From the IMG/VR virus record IMGVR_UViG_3300021085_002380: a stretch of 64,000 nucleotides of DNA. One strand, written 5' to 3'. The stretch is from a virus. Shown here in pieces: positions 18,316 through 27,535 of the stretch. Every line of letters begins with the position of its first letter. The stretch's first letter is position 1. The translations under genes were made by a program, and so were the position numbers. Under the pieces are notes generated by a model, which worked only from the letters and a program-made list of their open reading frames with translations, searched no databases and was not told the DNA's origin.

Positions 18316-19884
18316 ATGAAAATTGTAGATTGCTTTCCATTTTTTGCTCCGACTAACGAAGAAATTCTGCAGCTTCGGGTTAATATGCTAAAAGATGTGG
18401 TTGATAACTTTATCATCGTTGAGTCTAATAAGACACACAGCGGTGCGCCTGTTGAAAGAAAGTTTCTTGAAATTGCAAGGAACCTTGGACTTCCTATGGA
18501 AAAAATCATTTACATTGAGCATGATATTCCTGACGATAATGATTTGGTTGTAATGCCAATTGACCAGCAAAATGCCGGTAAAAATAGTAGCATAGAATCT
18601 ATACTGTGCCGTGTACGTGAGCGTCTGCAAAAAGATGCTGTTATGGAAGGTATGAAAGATTTTGACTCGGATGATGTTTTTATATATGGCGATGCAGACG
18701 AAATCGTAGATCCTAAAAACGTAAAGTGGTTAGCTGAACTCGTTCAACAAAATAGTAATCACTCCATTCTTAAAATACCTTTAGTTTATTTACAAGGCAG
18801 AGCTGATTTAAGAGTATATCATAAATCGACAGGTGCCTTTAGAATTTGGCAACGAGCTATGTTTATGGCAACTAAACACCAGGTTAACAGGTCAGGTGGT
18901 ATGTTAAACATTCGCTGTGGCAATATGCCATTTAAGCTACAGTTTGCAATGCACGGCGGACAAATGATACAAGATCTTGGTTGGCATTTTGCATGGATGG
19001 GAACAAACTCTCAGCGTGAAACGAAAGCCAAATCTTTTGCACATGCTTTTGATAAACTTCAATGGATGAAAACGCTAGATGGTTATAACGATGGAGCATA
19101 TAAGAAATTTGTAAAGGATACACAACCAGTTGAAGGTGGACCTGCTCCTGACGGATTTGCAGACCACGTGTTGAAAAGATATCCACTTGCCAAACTTCCA
19201 TCTATGCTTTTGCAAAATCAAAAGTTAAGAGATTTCTTTTTACCTGAAACAGACTTGTTTAAAGAATTCAAGTTTTCACCTTGCGAATGTTTTTGGTGCA
19301 ATAAACTTTCATGGCCTTTATTATATGATCTTGACGGAAAACAAACTTGGTTTGAAGTGCCAAGAAGTTGTTCGGTTACAATTAAGGAAACGCATCCTGA
19401 CCGAAAGCAAATCTTTAGAGATACAAAAGAATATAAAGCAGTCATAAAAAACAAAAAGGATAAAGGTACACCTATAGTCGTATTCACAGATCCCGTTGAA
19501 AGGTTCGTTTCTTTAATCAATGTATACTTAACTGAAGGTCAAAGATATTACGATTACGGAAAGGATATTTTCAATTCATTTGGTAAAAACCTTGCTGAGT
19601 GTACTAAGCAAGAAAAGATAGACTTGTTCTTTAAAAATCTCCATAAAATATCAGGTGCGCATCAAGTACATCATTTCCATCCTCAATGTATGTTTGTTGA
19701 TACTAAAAACTTTAAAGAGTTTCAAGTTATTAATAAACACGAAGTCAATAACTTTTTTAAAATAAACAAAGTACTAAACTTTACAGTAAAAGAAATCACC
19801 GCAGACGATTTCAGTAAAGACCAAATTGACTTTATTAAATGGATTTACATTTCAGATTACAATTTCTTTGAAAAGCACGGCTGA
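18316..19884 (+). CDS. GT17-like glycosyltransferase fused to a sulfotransferase-like domain
   Basis: IVDCFPFF..EEILQLR..VDNFIIVESNKTHSG, ERLQKD, GDADEI and GWHFAW; C-terminal FEVPRSCS / DPVERFVS / HFHPQ. Confidence 0.65.
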   Translation: MKIVDCFPFFAPTNEEILQLRVNMLKDVVDNFIIVESNKTHSGAPVERKFLEIARNLGLPMEKIIYIEHDIPDDNDLVVMPIDQQNAGKNSSIESILCRVRERLQKDAVMEGMKDFDSDDVFIYGDADEIVDPKNVKWLAELVQQNSNHSILKIPLVYLQGRADLRVYHKSTGAFRIWQRAMFMATKHQVNRSGGMLNIRCGNMPFKLQFAMHGGQMIQDLGWHFAWMGTNSQRETKAKSFAHAFDKLQWMKTLDGYNDGAYKKFVKDTQPVEGGPAPDGFADHVLKRYPLAKLPSMLLQNQKLRDFFLPETDLFKEFKFSPCECFWCNKLSWPLLYDLDGKQTWFEVPRSCSVTIKETHPDRKQIFRDTKEYKAVIKNKKDKGTPIVVFTDPVERFVSLINVYLTEGQRYYDYGKDIFNSFGKNLAECTKQEKIDLFFKNLHKISGAHQVHHFHPQCMFVDTKNFKEFQVINKHEVNNFFKINKVLNFTVKEITADDFSKDQIDFIKWIYISDYNFFEKHG

Positions 19885-20126
19885 TGCGAGTCAAACCAAA
19901 CGAAGCTGGAGTACATTACTTACAGCAAGAAATCAAACAACACAAAGTTGAAAAGGCAATGTTACGTAGCGATATTGACGGTTTGCGTGGACAAAACATG
20001 ATGCTTATGGATACTCTTGATGCTTTGACTGAAGATGAAAGTTATTGGTCCAAAGAAGCATTGCAAACCGGAATTGTGTTTAAACTTAAAAATGTTTTGA
20101 ACCAAATAAGGCAAGATAGAAAATAA
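19884..20126 (+). CDS. Hypothetical coiled-coil protein
   Basis: Stop/start overlap with the previous gene. Confidence 0.55.
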   Translation: MRVKPNEAGVHYLQQEIKQHKVEKAMLRSDIDGLRGQNMMLMDTLDALTEDESYWSKEALQTGIVFKLKNVLNQIRQDRK

Positions 20127-20129
20127 CCA

Positions 20130-20172
20130 TTGACATACTCAATAGAATCAGTTATATTAGTAACTATAAATA
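20130..20172 (+). promoter_or_regulatory. sigma70 promoter with GAATCA in the spacer, plus a TATAAATA late promoter
   Basis: TTGACA(20130)-N17-TATATT; AGAATCAG in the spacer; TATAAATA at 20165-20172. Confidence 0.75.
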
Positions 20173-20188
20173 TAAATTGAGGCACACA

Positions 20189-20716
20189 ATGAAACTGAAA
20201 CAAATTATCGCAGCAACAGTATCCGCAGCTTTGACAGGAACAGTAGTTATAGGATCTCTTACACTACCTGTAATTGCGGCCGAACAAGAAAGACTATGGT
20301 CAGAACAAGAAGCTAACTGCTTGGCTTTAAACATATACTATGAATCACGTGGCAGCAACCTTGCGGATAAAGCTGGAGTTGCAGATGTAGTTTTAAATAG
20401 AAAGTACGATACACGTTATCCTAACACAATATGCGAAGTTGTCCAGCAAGGCATTAAAAATGCAGACGGTTCAATGAAGCGTAATATGTGCCAGTTTAGC
20501 TGGTACTGCGACGGAAAATCTGATAACCCACAAGATCAGGATCGTTGGAATGAAGCTCAAATGATTGCGTCACAATTACTTGAGTGGGGAAAATACCGTG
20601 GCATTACCGAAGGAGCCACTCATTATCATGCAACTTATGTAAGTCCGCGTTGGGCTAAAGACCTTCAGCAGGTTGGCCGTCTTGGTGCTCATATCTTTTA
20701 TCGTTGGGATCAGTAA
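20189..20716 (+). CDS. Cell wall hydrolase (SleB/Hydrolase_2) with signal peptide
   Basis: CLALNIYYESRG, VVLNR...YPNTICEVV, CQFSWYCDG, GATHYHATYVSPRW and HIFYR. Confidence 0.88.
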   Translation: MKLKQIIAATVSAALTGTVVIGSLTLPVIAAEQERLWSEQEANCLALNIYYESRGSNLADKAGVADVVLNRKYDTRYPNTICEVVQQGIKNADGSMKRNMCQFSWYCDGKSDNPQDQDRWNEAQMIASQLLEWGKYRGITEGATHYHATYVSPRWAKDLQQVGRLGAHIFYRWDQ

Positions 20717-21019
20717 ATGTTGTTAGATACTAAAGCACAAGGTTTTTTTGATAAAAATATTAATCTTATGGTTCCTTGGTATCTTATGGCTGCGTATGCA
20801 TACTATAAAGAAGATGATCCAATATTGTCAGATCAGTTCTTTGATAATATGGCAAAAGTAATGTATGACAAATGGAATGAAATAGAACATTTTCATAAAC
20901 ATTTAATCGGTCCTATGGATCTAATAGCGGGTACTTATCTCGGTGAATACCCTAATCGTGTGATAGACGGTTTGCACCACTTGCGACCGATAAATAAAAG
21001 AAGGAAACGTAAAAGATGA
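20717..21019 (+). CDS. Stand-alone protein resembling NAD-dependent DNA ligase subdomain Ia
   Basis: YLMAAYAYYKEDDPILSDQFFD resembles the ligase YY..D.P.ISD.EYD motif. Confidence 0.55.
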   Translation: MLLDTKAQGFFDKNINLMVPWYLMAAYAYYKEDDPILSDQFFDNMAKVMYDKWNEIEHFHKHLIGPMDLIAGTYLGEYPNRVIDGLHHLRPINKRRKRKR

Positions 21020-21348
21020 GTGATGAACGATTTGCAATGGTAACCGTGGTTTCAACACACCGCATGAGATATGCAGTACCGATTTCTGACTTGCAAAAAT
21101 TAAACCCAAATACAAAACTCGAAGGAAACGATAAAGAAGCTTTAACGTGGGTTGAAGAGTTGGTGATGGAAGAACGCGTTAAAGAATTCTCTCAAAAATG
21201 GTTGGGAGAACAAACCGTTGACAAAGTCGTGTTAACTCAAGAAGAAGTACTAAAGCTGTTTGATTCAGATAACGAATATTTAGCGGATTGGACAGTGGAA
21301 CAAAAACTCAAGTCCCTCAATCGTTGGGAAGATGAAAGCGTAATGTAA
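21016..21348 (+). CDS. Hypothetical protein
   Basis: Packed ORF containing RMRYAV and EFSQKWLGE. Confidence 0.6.
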   Translation: MSDERFAMVTVVSTHRMRYAVPISDLQKLNPNTKLEGNDKEALTWVEELVMEERVKEFSQKWLGEQTVDKVVLTQEEVLKLFDSDNEYLADWTVEQKLKSLNRWEDESVM

Positions 21349-21587
21349 TGCAACATACTATTGAAGATTTAATTAGACGTATAGAAGTTATGAAAGACAA
21401 AGCTGTTATGGTTCACCGTCTTAGAAATCAATATAGTGACTTGGCAGAGCAAACATATGATGCGCATACGTGCCGAGTTTTGATTGAAGACATACAATCA
21501 CTTGCTCTGGGAATTGCCTACGATAAAGAAGGGACAGAAATAAAAACAGAAATGGAATACAAAAATGTTAAAGCAATGGAACCCTAG
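21348..21587 (+). CDS. Hypothetical protein
   Basis: Packed ORF. Confidence 0.55.
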   Translation: MQHTIEDLIRRIEVMKDKAVMVHRLRNQYSDLAEQTYDAHTCRVLIEDIQSLALGIAYDKEGTEIKTEMEYKNVKAMEP

Positions 21588-21912
21588 CAGCTGGGTAATA
21601 TTTAAAGTAAAAAACCACGAAACACCACACTATCGGTTATTATGTGGTTGGAACGAAGGTTATGAGGCCGCAAAGGCAAAGACTGAATGGAAAATATCTG
21701 GAGGAATTTTGGAGTGTAGGGAATCAGAAGATGGATTGTCTTGGATATTTATGACAGCTAAATCTGAATATGTGTGCGACAAATCATCTTATCAAGTTGA
21801 AAACCACGTTTACCATGTATGGCAAACAATGATAGACGATCCGGATAAAGATGTAGAACAAATTGCTTATCGTGATTTGCAGGTTGAAAAAATGGAATGG
21901 CTTAAATTATGA
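21565..21912 (+). CDS. Hypothetical protein
   Basis: Packed ORF with a P..WV...YRLLCGW..GY....W..SG pattern seen in myophage proteins. Confidence 0.55.
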   Translation: MLKQWNPSSWVIFKVKNHETPHYRLLCGWNEGYEAAKAKTEWKISGGILECRESEDGLSWIFMTAKSEYVCDKSSYQVENHVYHVWQTMIDDPDKDVEQIAYRDLQVEKMEWLKL

Positions 21913-22688
21913 AAATTCAAATAGCAGGATACGGGTTTGTTGGAAAGGCTCACGCGTTTGCTCTTGCAGGTAAAAACGATAATGTAACTGTTTACGATCC
22001 TGCATTAGGATATACAAATTGGGATGAAAATACTGACTGCGTTATTATTGCAGTCAGTACACCACAGCATGAAGATGATGGATCTTGTGATATGCGTAAT
22101 GTGTATGGAGTTCTTGAAACATGCCCTGATGTTCCAATTTTAATTAAATCAACTATTAGTCTAGAAGGATGGGTCTCAATTGAAAATAATTTCCCTGATA
22201 AACAAATTACGTTTTCGCCAGAATACCTCAGAGCTAAGTATGCTGTTGAAGATTTTAAAAAGCAACAAGTAATACAGCTCGGCGGTGGTGACGTTGCATT
22301 CTGGGTAGATATATTAGGAAAAAGATTAGGCTGCAAATTAGAAGTAGCAGATCCTAAAGAATTAATTTTAGCTAAATACTTTATCAATTCATTCCTGGCG
22401 ACCAAGGTTTCGTTCTTTAATCAGATTTATGATTTGTGCGAAGCCGCAGGAGTTGATTATGCATTAGTATCTCACTTTGTAACGCAAGACCGCAGAATAG
22501 GAAAAAGCCATACGACTATTACGCGTGAACGTGGATTTGGTGGACATTGCTTTCCAAAAGATACGAGCGCTATATGTAGGACAGGTGAGCGTTACGGAGA
22601 AAATATGTCTATTATTGAAGCTGCAAGAAAATACAATGAAAACCTAAAAGTGGATACATCAAACGTGATTAGTATTGTTAGGTCATAA
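21909..22688 (+). CDS. ugd: UDP-glucose/GDP-mannose dehydrogenase family (short form)
   Basis: GYGFVG, IKSTI, FSPEYL, KYFINSFLATKVSFFN and GFGGHCFPKD. Confidence 0.85.
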   Translation: MKIQIAGYGFVGKAHAFALAGKNDNVTVYDPALGYTNWDENTDCVIIAVSTPQHEDDGSCDMRNVYGVLETCPDVPILIKSTISLEGWVSIENNFPDKQITFSPEYLRAKYAVEDFKKQQVIQLGGGDVAFWVDILGKRLGCKLEVADPKELILAKYFINSFLATKVSFFNQIYDLCEAAGVDYALVSHFVTQDRRIGKSHTTITRERGFGGHCFPKDTSAICRTGERYGENMSIIEAARKYNENLKVDTSNVISIVRS

Positions 22689-22689
22689 A

Positions 22690-23097
22690 ATGAAGGTTGG
22701 GTTTACAGCATCAGCGTTTGATTTACTGCATGCAGGACATGTACAAATGTTAAGAGACGCAAAAGAACAGTGCGATTATTTAATTTGTGGTTTACAAATC
22801 AATCCAACTTTAGATCGCCCTGATAAGAACGCTCCCGTGCAAACTGTGGTTGAGCGCTATACGCAATTAAAAGCTATAAGTTACGTTGATGAGATCATTC
22901 CGTATTTGACAGAAGGTGATCTTTGTGATATATTATCAATGTACCATATAGATATTCGTATCCTCGGAGTTGAGTATAAGGAAAAAGATTTTACAGGTAA
23001 AGACATTTGCCGTAAACGTGGTATAGATTTATATTTTAATAAACGGGATCACCGTTTTAGTACAAGTGATTTAAGAAAGAGAGTTTGTAATGACTGA
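22690..23097 (+). CDS. tagD: Glycerol-3-phosphate cytidylyltransferase-like
   Basis: FDLLHAGH, CDYLICGL, ER...YVDEI and RDHRFSTSDLR. Confidence 0.8.
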   Translation: MKVGFTASAFDLLHAGHVQMLRDAKEQCDYLICGLQINPTLDRPDKNAPVQTVVERYTQLKAISYVDEIIPYLTEGDLCDILSMYHIDIRILGVEYKEKDFTGKDICRKRGIDLYFNKRDHRFSTSDLRKRVCND

Positions 23098-23269
23098 TGG
23101 ACCATTTAAGAACGCGTTTGATGCTGATACTGACGGCGTAATCAGACGTGAAATTATTACATATCGTATGCGTAACGGCAGTATGATTAAAGAAGAAGCA
23201 AGCCGAGACTATTATACGTCAGGCGACTATCATGATAACCAAAACGTTAAACCGTTGGTGCAACGATGA
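23090..23269 (+). CDS. Hypothetical protein (59 aa, not in ORF track)
   Basis: MTDGPFKNAF...PLVQR; overlaps both neighbours and fills the gap. Confidence 0.55.
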   Translation: MTDGPFKNAFDADTDGVIRREIITYRMRNGSMIKEEASRDYYTSGDYHDNQNVKPLVQR

Positions 23270-23448
23270 GTGACGAGCAATGGGAAATGGATTCAGAAAT
23301 GCTGAACCAACTACATAACACTGCGCGTATTATGGAACAACATGATAATAACGCTGGTCCTGAAGTTAGACGAATTGCAGACCGCTTTAGTGAACTAATT
23401 AAAAACGCTCATAATAGGAGACATTGGTGTAATGGAAACGAAAGATAG
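23266..23448 (+). CDS. Hypothetical protein
   Basis: ATGA overlap with the previous ORF. Confidence 0.55.
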   Translation: MSDEQWEMDSEMLNQLHNTARIMEQHDNNAGPEVRRIADRFSELIKNAHNRRHWCNGNER

Positions 23449-23548
23449 TAAACATCTAATTTTTGAACGCGTAGGTAATATTGTTTACGCTCGCTATTTT
23501 GGCGACCCTCCCCTAAGTCGTTGGGTCTATAAGGAGTTGGAAGAATAA
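23432..23548 (+). CDS. Hypothetical protein (38 aa, not in ORF track)
   Basis: AGGAG RBS; METKDSKHLIFERVGNIVYAR... Confidence 0.45.
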   Translation: METKDSKHLIFERVGNIVYARYFGDPPLSRWVYKELEE

Positions 23549-23709
23549 TGTGGATATTATTTGTCATATCGTTTATTCCAGAATATAATGATTATAAAGT
23601 TGTAGAGTTTAACCGTTATAATACACGGCAGCAGTGTGATATTAACCAAGCAGTGTTACGGGCAACTTTTGAGGATAATGAATTAACGGCGTGCGCATGG
23701 CAAAACTAA
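23548..23709 (+). CDS. Hypothetical protein (53 aa, not in ORF track)
   Basis: AAGGAG RBS and TAATG overlap; MWILFVISF...QQC...AC. Confidence 0.5.
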   Translation: MWILFVISFIPEYNDYKVVEFNRYNTRQQCDINQAVLRATFEDNELTACAWQN

Positions 23710-24419
23710 GAAAATTTATATTTGACGTTGACGGAACTCTTACTCCTAGTCGTGCAAAAATAGACTTCCATTTTGAAAAATGGTTTTGGGGTTTTATCCA
23801 AACAAACAAAACATGGCTTGTTACTGGCAGTGATTATCCAAAAACATTAGAACAGCTCGGCAAAAACATTTGCGAAGAAGTTGTTACTGTTTATAATTGC
23901 AGCGGAAACGAAACAAGATTTAAAGGCAAGATTGCCAACGCATCAAGTTGGACATTGCCAGACACCGCTCGTCATTGGTTAGAAATGGAACTCATTCGTT
24001 CACCATTCCAACCACAAACTGGTAATCATATTGAAGAACGCCGCGGTTGTGTTAACTTTAGCATTGTAGGACGTAACGCAACGCCAGAACAAAGAGAGCA
24101 ATATGTTAAGTATGACAAAATAAACAATGAACGCCTGCATATTTCTAGAACTTTCAATTATGTGTTTGGTTCTGAAAGTACTTGTCTTACCGCTCAAATT
24201 GGTGGCGAAACTGGTTTAGACATTTATCCTATTGGTAGAGATAAAGCTCAAATCGTTCAGGATTTCAGTATGGATGATGAAATTTATTTCTTTGGAGATA
24301 AGATGGAAATTGGTGGAAATGATTGGCCTCTCGCCAACACTCTTAAAGACTATCCTAATGCTAAATGCTTTCAAGTTAAGGATTGGCAAGATACGTGGGA
24401 AATTTTGAAAGGACTTTAA
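23697..24419 (+). CDS. HAD-IIB phosphomannomutase (eukaryotic PMM-like)
   Basis: FDVDGTLTPSR, VTGSDYPK, IEERRGCVNFSIVGRNA, GGETGLDI and FFGDKMEIGGND. Confidence 0.85.
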   Translation: MAKLRKFIFDVDGTLTPSRAKIDFHFEKWFWGFIQTNKTWLVTGSDYPKTLEQLGKNICEEVVTVYNCSGNETRFKGKIANASSWTLPDTARHWLEMELIRSPFQPQTGNHIEERRGCVNFSIVGRNATPEQREQYVKYDKINNERLHISRTFNYVFGSESTCLTAQIGGETGLDIYPIGRDKAQIVQDFSMDDEIYFFGDKMEIGGNDWPLANTLKDYPNAKCFQVKDWQDTWEILKGL

Positions 24420-24420
24420 T

Positions 24421-24594
24421 ATGTGGTTTAAAAAGAAAAATGATGTGTACGAAATTGACTTTGATAAAGATGTAGCTCCGGTTAACTTACCTAAACCTGA
24501 TATGACGATGGAACAGATGGTGGCGGAAGTACTCAAAAAAATAGACAGTATTGAAAAAAAGATTGACAAAATTCTCGCTAAATCTCCTAAATAA
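24421..24594 (+). CDS. Hypothetical protein (57 aa, not in ORF track)
   Basis: AAGGA RBS; MWFKKKND... with C-terminal coiled coil. Confidence 0.5.
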   Translation: MWFKKKNDVYEIDFDKDVAPVNLPKPDMTMEQMVAEVLKKIDSIEKKIDKILAKSPK

Positions 24595-24614
24595 CAAATA
24601 AAGGAGGTGGCCGC

Positions 24615-24860
24615 ATGTTTACAATAGAAATGGACATGGAAGAAACGTTAATCACTCTACTTGATCCTGAAGGAAAAGAAGAAGACGTTCAATTTATTTT
24701 ATACGAAGACATTACATATATTCGACAATGGTGTGAAGAGACGCAAAGGTTTTCCGTGATAGCATTAACTGCAACTCAGTTTAACCAGCTTATGCATTCT
24801 TTTGACTTACCTGAAGGCACATACATGTTACAAAAGAAAGGATGGAACTCAGAATGGTAA
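24615..24860 (+). CDS. Hypothetical protein
   Basis: AAGGAGG RBS. Confidence 0.65.
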   Translation: MFTIEMDMEETLITLLDPEGKEEDVQFILYEDITYIRQWCEETQRFSVIALTATQFNQLMHSFDLPEGTYMLQKKGWNSEW

Positions 24861-25102
24861 TAATATACGGTAAAAGCGCTTGCGGCTTCTGTTTACGTGC
24901 TAAGAAGCTCGCCGAACGGCATGGCCTAGAATATGAATATAAGAGTGTTGACTTCGACCAATACAGAACAGAAATGTATGATTTAAAACCTGATGCTGAA
25001 ACAGTTCCACAAATTTGGTGGAATGATAAGTATCTTGGTGGATACAACGAGTTTGCGATGGAAATTGAAAACACTCGTAATTTTGGTCAAGACGCATTTT
25101 AA
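24854..25102 (+). CDS. Glutaredoxin
   Basis: CGFC, TVPQIW and LGGY. Confidence 0.9.
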   Translation: MVIIYGKSACGFCLRAKKLAERHGLEYEYKSVDFDQYRTEMYDLKPDAETVPQIWWNDKYLGGYNEFAMEIENTRNFGQDAF

Positions 25103-25105
25103 CTA

Positions 25106-25140
25106 TTGACATTTTCTTTCAACTATGGTAGATTGATTCT
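25106..25140 (+). promoter_or_regulatory. sigma70 early promoter with TGATTC abutting the -10
   Basis: TTGACA-N17-TAGATT-GATTCT. Confidence 0.75.
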
Positions 25141-25162
25141 ATCAAATGAAAAGGAATACATT

Positions 25163-25405
25163 ATGACATACACAGTTGAACTTGATATCTCCCACGAAGC
25201 AACACATGAAGAAGTTGTTCAATTTGCAACTGAACATGGTTGCCGCGTAATGATGAGGATTGAAGAAGGTCCTGCAGGAGGAAATCCTCTTTACACATTT
25301 GCATCTGAAACTTTTGATATGCTCCAAGAATTGACCGAACAAGTACTTGGCTCAGGCCGCGGGCTTGATGAGGAACAAATTAAAACTATGATCGTGGAGG
25401 TATAA
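25163..25405 (+). CDS. Hypothetical early protein
   Basis: True start is probably ATG 25163 after AAGGA; contains GPAGGNP. Confidence 0.6.
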   Translation: MTYTVELDISHEATHEEVVQFATEHGCRVMMRIEEGPAGGNPLYTFASETFDMLQELTEQVLGSGRGLDEEQIKTMIVEV

Positions 25406-25407
25406 GA

Positions 25408-25752
25408 TTGTCTATGCATATGATACGTGGTGTTCAAATCCACGGAAATACTAAAAAACGTAAAAACAAAAGCAAACGGTTGCTAGCCGCAGAGGCTGAA
25501 CACGAGGCTTTTTTAGCACGCGTAGGGTACACTGGTAAGAAAGCTGATTACCGTTATGAGCTACCCAATTATAATACTGGACCTCGCGTAACCTCTGATA
25601 AGGTTGCTGGCAACGGTTCTAAAAAAGAAACTGTAAAATATACTGGCAACGAAATCGCAGGTATTGTAACAACTCACAAATCTAATCTGATGCCAGTACG
25701 TAAAGATAACAAGCAGTCAATTATAGATGCTGCTCAAATGAGGAGAAGTTAA
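25408..25752 (+). CDS. Conserved T4-like hypothetical protein
   Basis: YTGNEIAGIVTTHKSNLMPV...MRR motif. Confidence 0.65.
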   Translation: MSMHMIRGVQIHGNTKKRKNKSKRLLAAEAEHEAFLARVGYTGKKADYRYELPNYNTGPRVTSDKVAGNGSKKETVKYTGNEIAGIVTTHKSNLMPVRKDNKQSIIDAAQMRRS

Positions 25753-25908
25753 TTGTGGGCAATAATTCAGAAACTTATTTGGGGTCATATTTGCAGTTAC
25801 AAAATTCTCTGCACTGATATCATCAAAGGACCTAATAAAAAATTGCTACGTAAGTATACTTTGCAATGCAAAGAGTGCGGTAACATTAAAACAAAGGTCG
25901 CAAAGTAA
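25753..25908 (+). CDS. Small Cys-containing protein (51 aa, not in ORF track)
   Basis: AGGAG RBS, TTG start; HIC...QCKECG. Confidence 0.4.
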   Translation: MWAIIQKLIWGHICSYKILCTDIIKGPNKKLLRKYTLQCKECGNIKTKVAK

Positions 25909-25910
25909 CA

Positions 25911-25918
25911 TATAAATA
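25911..25918 (+). promoter_or_regulatory. T4-type late promoter
   Basis: Exact TATAAATA, 25 nt before the next ATG. Confidence 0.6.
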
Positions 25919-25942
25919 ATCCTATTACTATGGGGTTATTCT

Positions 25943-26377
25943 ATGTGGCATTACAAAGGTGAGGAGTTTACCTCAGAGATGATTGGTGATTATATTGGCT
26001 TTGTTTATATAATCACAGATAACTCTAACGATAAAAAATATATCGGTAAAAAGATTTTCAAATCAAAAAGAAGACTTAAACCTTTGAAGGGCAAGACCCG
26101 CCGAAGAACTAAGATAGTAGAGTCTGATTGGCAAAAGTACTATGGCTCGTCAGAAGAAGTCAAACTTATGGTAGAAGAAAAAGGCCCTGATAACTTTTAC
26201 CGAGAAATTATACACCTTTGCGATAAGAAAGGTGAAATGGGCTATCTCGAACTTTACGAACAAATTACTCGTCACGCATTGCTAGACGATTCATACTACA
26301 ACGGCATATGCCAAGCTAAAATCCATAGAAGTCATGTTAAAGGATTAAAATGGCTCATGGACGATAGTAATGGTTGA
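25943..26377 (+). CDS. GIY-YIG endonuclease (T4 endonuclease II-like)
   Basis: GFVYIIT...KKYIGKK, ESDWQKYYGSS, FYREII and YYN. Confidence 0.75.
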   Translation: MWHYKGEEFTSEMIGDYIGFVYIITDNSNDKKYIGKKIFKSKRRLKPLKGKTRRRTKIVESDWQKYYGSSEEVKLMVEEKGPDNFYREIIHLCDKKGEMGYLELYEQITRHALLDDSYYNGICQAKIHRSHVKGLKWLMDDSNG

Positions 26378-26414
26378 CATTTCTATTAAAATAGATTATA
26401 TTAATCTAGAATCA
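26374..26414 (+). promoter_or_regulatory. sigma70 promoter with downstream GAATCA
   Basis: TTGACA-N17-TATATT; AGAATCA at 26408-26414. Confidence 0.75.
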
Positions 26415-26430
26415 GTTAATGGAGAATGTT

Positions 26431-26661
26431 ATGATTATCAAAAGAAAAAGCGCCTTTTCAGGAATCGTTCGCTCAAAGGATATCCCTGTTGATCCTAAAG
26501 ACTTCGCTCAGTTTGAAGCTGGGTATGGAAGTATGGAAGACTTACTCCCTTATTTGTCAGACGAAGATCGTGAATTCATTCTTTCAGGTATGACTCCTCA
26601 AGAATGGAAAAACGCGTTCTCTGAAGAAATTATGAATATCGTTGAGGACCAATTTGCATGA
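26431..26661 (+). CDS. Conserved phage hypothetical protein
   Basis: GGAG RBS; PYLSDEDREFILSGMTPQEW motif. Confidence 0.6.
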   Translation: MIIKRKSAFSGIVRSKDIPVDPKDFAQFEAGYGSMEDLLPYLSDEDREFILSGMTPQEWKNAFSEEIMNIVEDQFA

Positions 26662-27332
26662 TCATGTTATTTAATGGTCCTCCTCGGTCAGGCAAAGATG
26701 TTGCAGCTGATTATTTCAAAAAGCAAAAAGGTTGGAAACACCTTTCATTTAAATACCAACTCTATAAAGAAACTGCAAAATACTTTGGCATTAATTATGA
26801 TTGGTTTATGGAACGCTATGATGATCGCTCTGTAAAAGAGGTTCCTCATATGGATCTAGGCCATATGTCTTGCCGTGAGGCAATGATTTATGTTTCAGAA
26901 AAAGTAATTAAACCTAAACGTGGTTTGGATTACTTTGGCTTGCAAGTTGCAAACGAAATAGATGTTACTAAGGATTATGCAATTTCTGATGGTGGTTTTA
27001 TTGATGAACTCATTCCTGTTATAAATAGAGTTGGATCCAACAATTTCGTATTAGTGCAGCTTACACGTGAAGGCTGCGATTATTCAACGGACTCTAGGCG
27101 TTATTTTGACGGTAACGTTATTCAAGAGTTCACTAACGAAAAACAGACCGCAATCAATAAAAAATATGTATTGCCTTATAAGTTTGAAGTTGACACTTAC
27201 AGAATCCATAACAATGGAAATCTTGAAGACCTTCATAATGTTTTAGAAGCAATATATAAAAAGGAAGGACAACGTGGACAAATCAGCAAACAGAACAGAG
27301 ACTCAGCGTTATCTGAAGAGTGTTTTCAATGA
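26658..27332 (+). CDS. Deoxynucleoside monophosphate kinase-like P-loop protein
   Basis: NGPPRSGKD, REAMIYVSE..KP..G, ISDGGF..E and HNNGNL. Confidence 0.7.
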   Translation: MIMLFNGPPRSGKDVAADYFKKQKGWKHLSFKYQLYKETAKYFGINYDWFMERYDDRSVKEVPHMDLGHMSCREAMIYVSEKVIKPKRGLDYFGLQVANEIDVTKDYAISDGGFIDELIPVINRVGSNNFVLVQLTREGCDYSTDSRRYFDGNVIQEFTNEKQTAINKKYVLPYKFEVDTYRIHNNGNLEDLHNVLEAIYKKEGQRGQISKQNRDSALSEECFQ

Positions 27333-27513
27333 AAATCCTTATGATATTGAAACCTTTTTTGAAGGCCTTGAAATCATGGCAGATAATGGAAAAGAACTAT
27401 TCTTTGTAGACAGGGTTTTATCAAGAATAAGAAAAGACCCTACTATTGATTTAGCTACGGCCACCTTTGAAGTATTAAGAGATTACGAAACGGTAAAGTT
27501 GGTATTTAAATAA
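27274..27513 (+). CDS. Hypothetical protein
   Basis: AAGGA RBS; GTG start. Confidence 0.5.
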   Translation: MDKSANRTETQRYLKSVFNENPYDIETFFEGLEIMADNGKELFFVDRVLSRIRKDPTIDLATATFEVLRDYETVKLVFK

Positions 27514-27535
27514 CATATATAAAGTGAGATAGATT

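Noticed and set aside
25943-26377. Mobile homing endonuclease
   Set aside because: Catalytic GIY-YIG domain only, with no DNA-binding tail and no intron context; fits an endonuclease II-like core gene.
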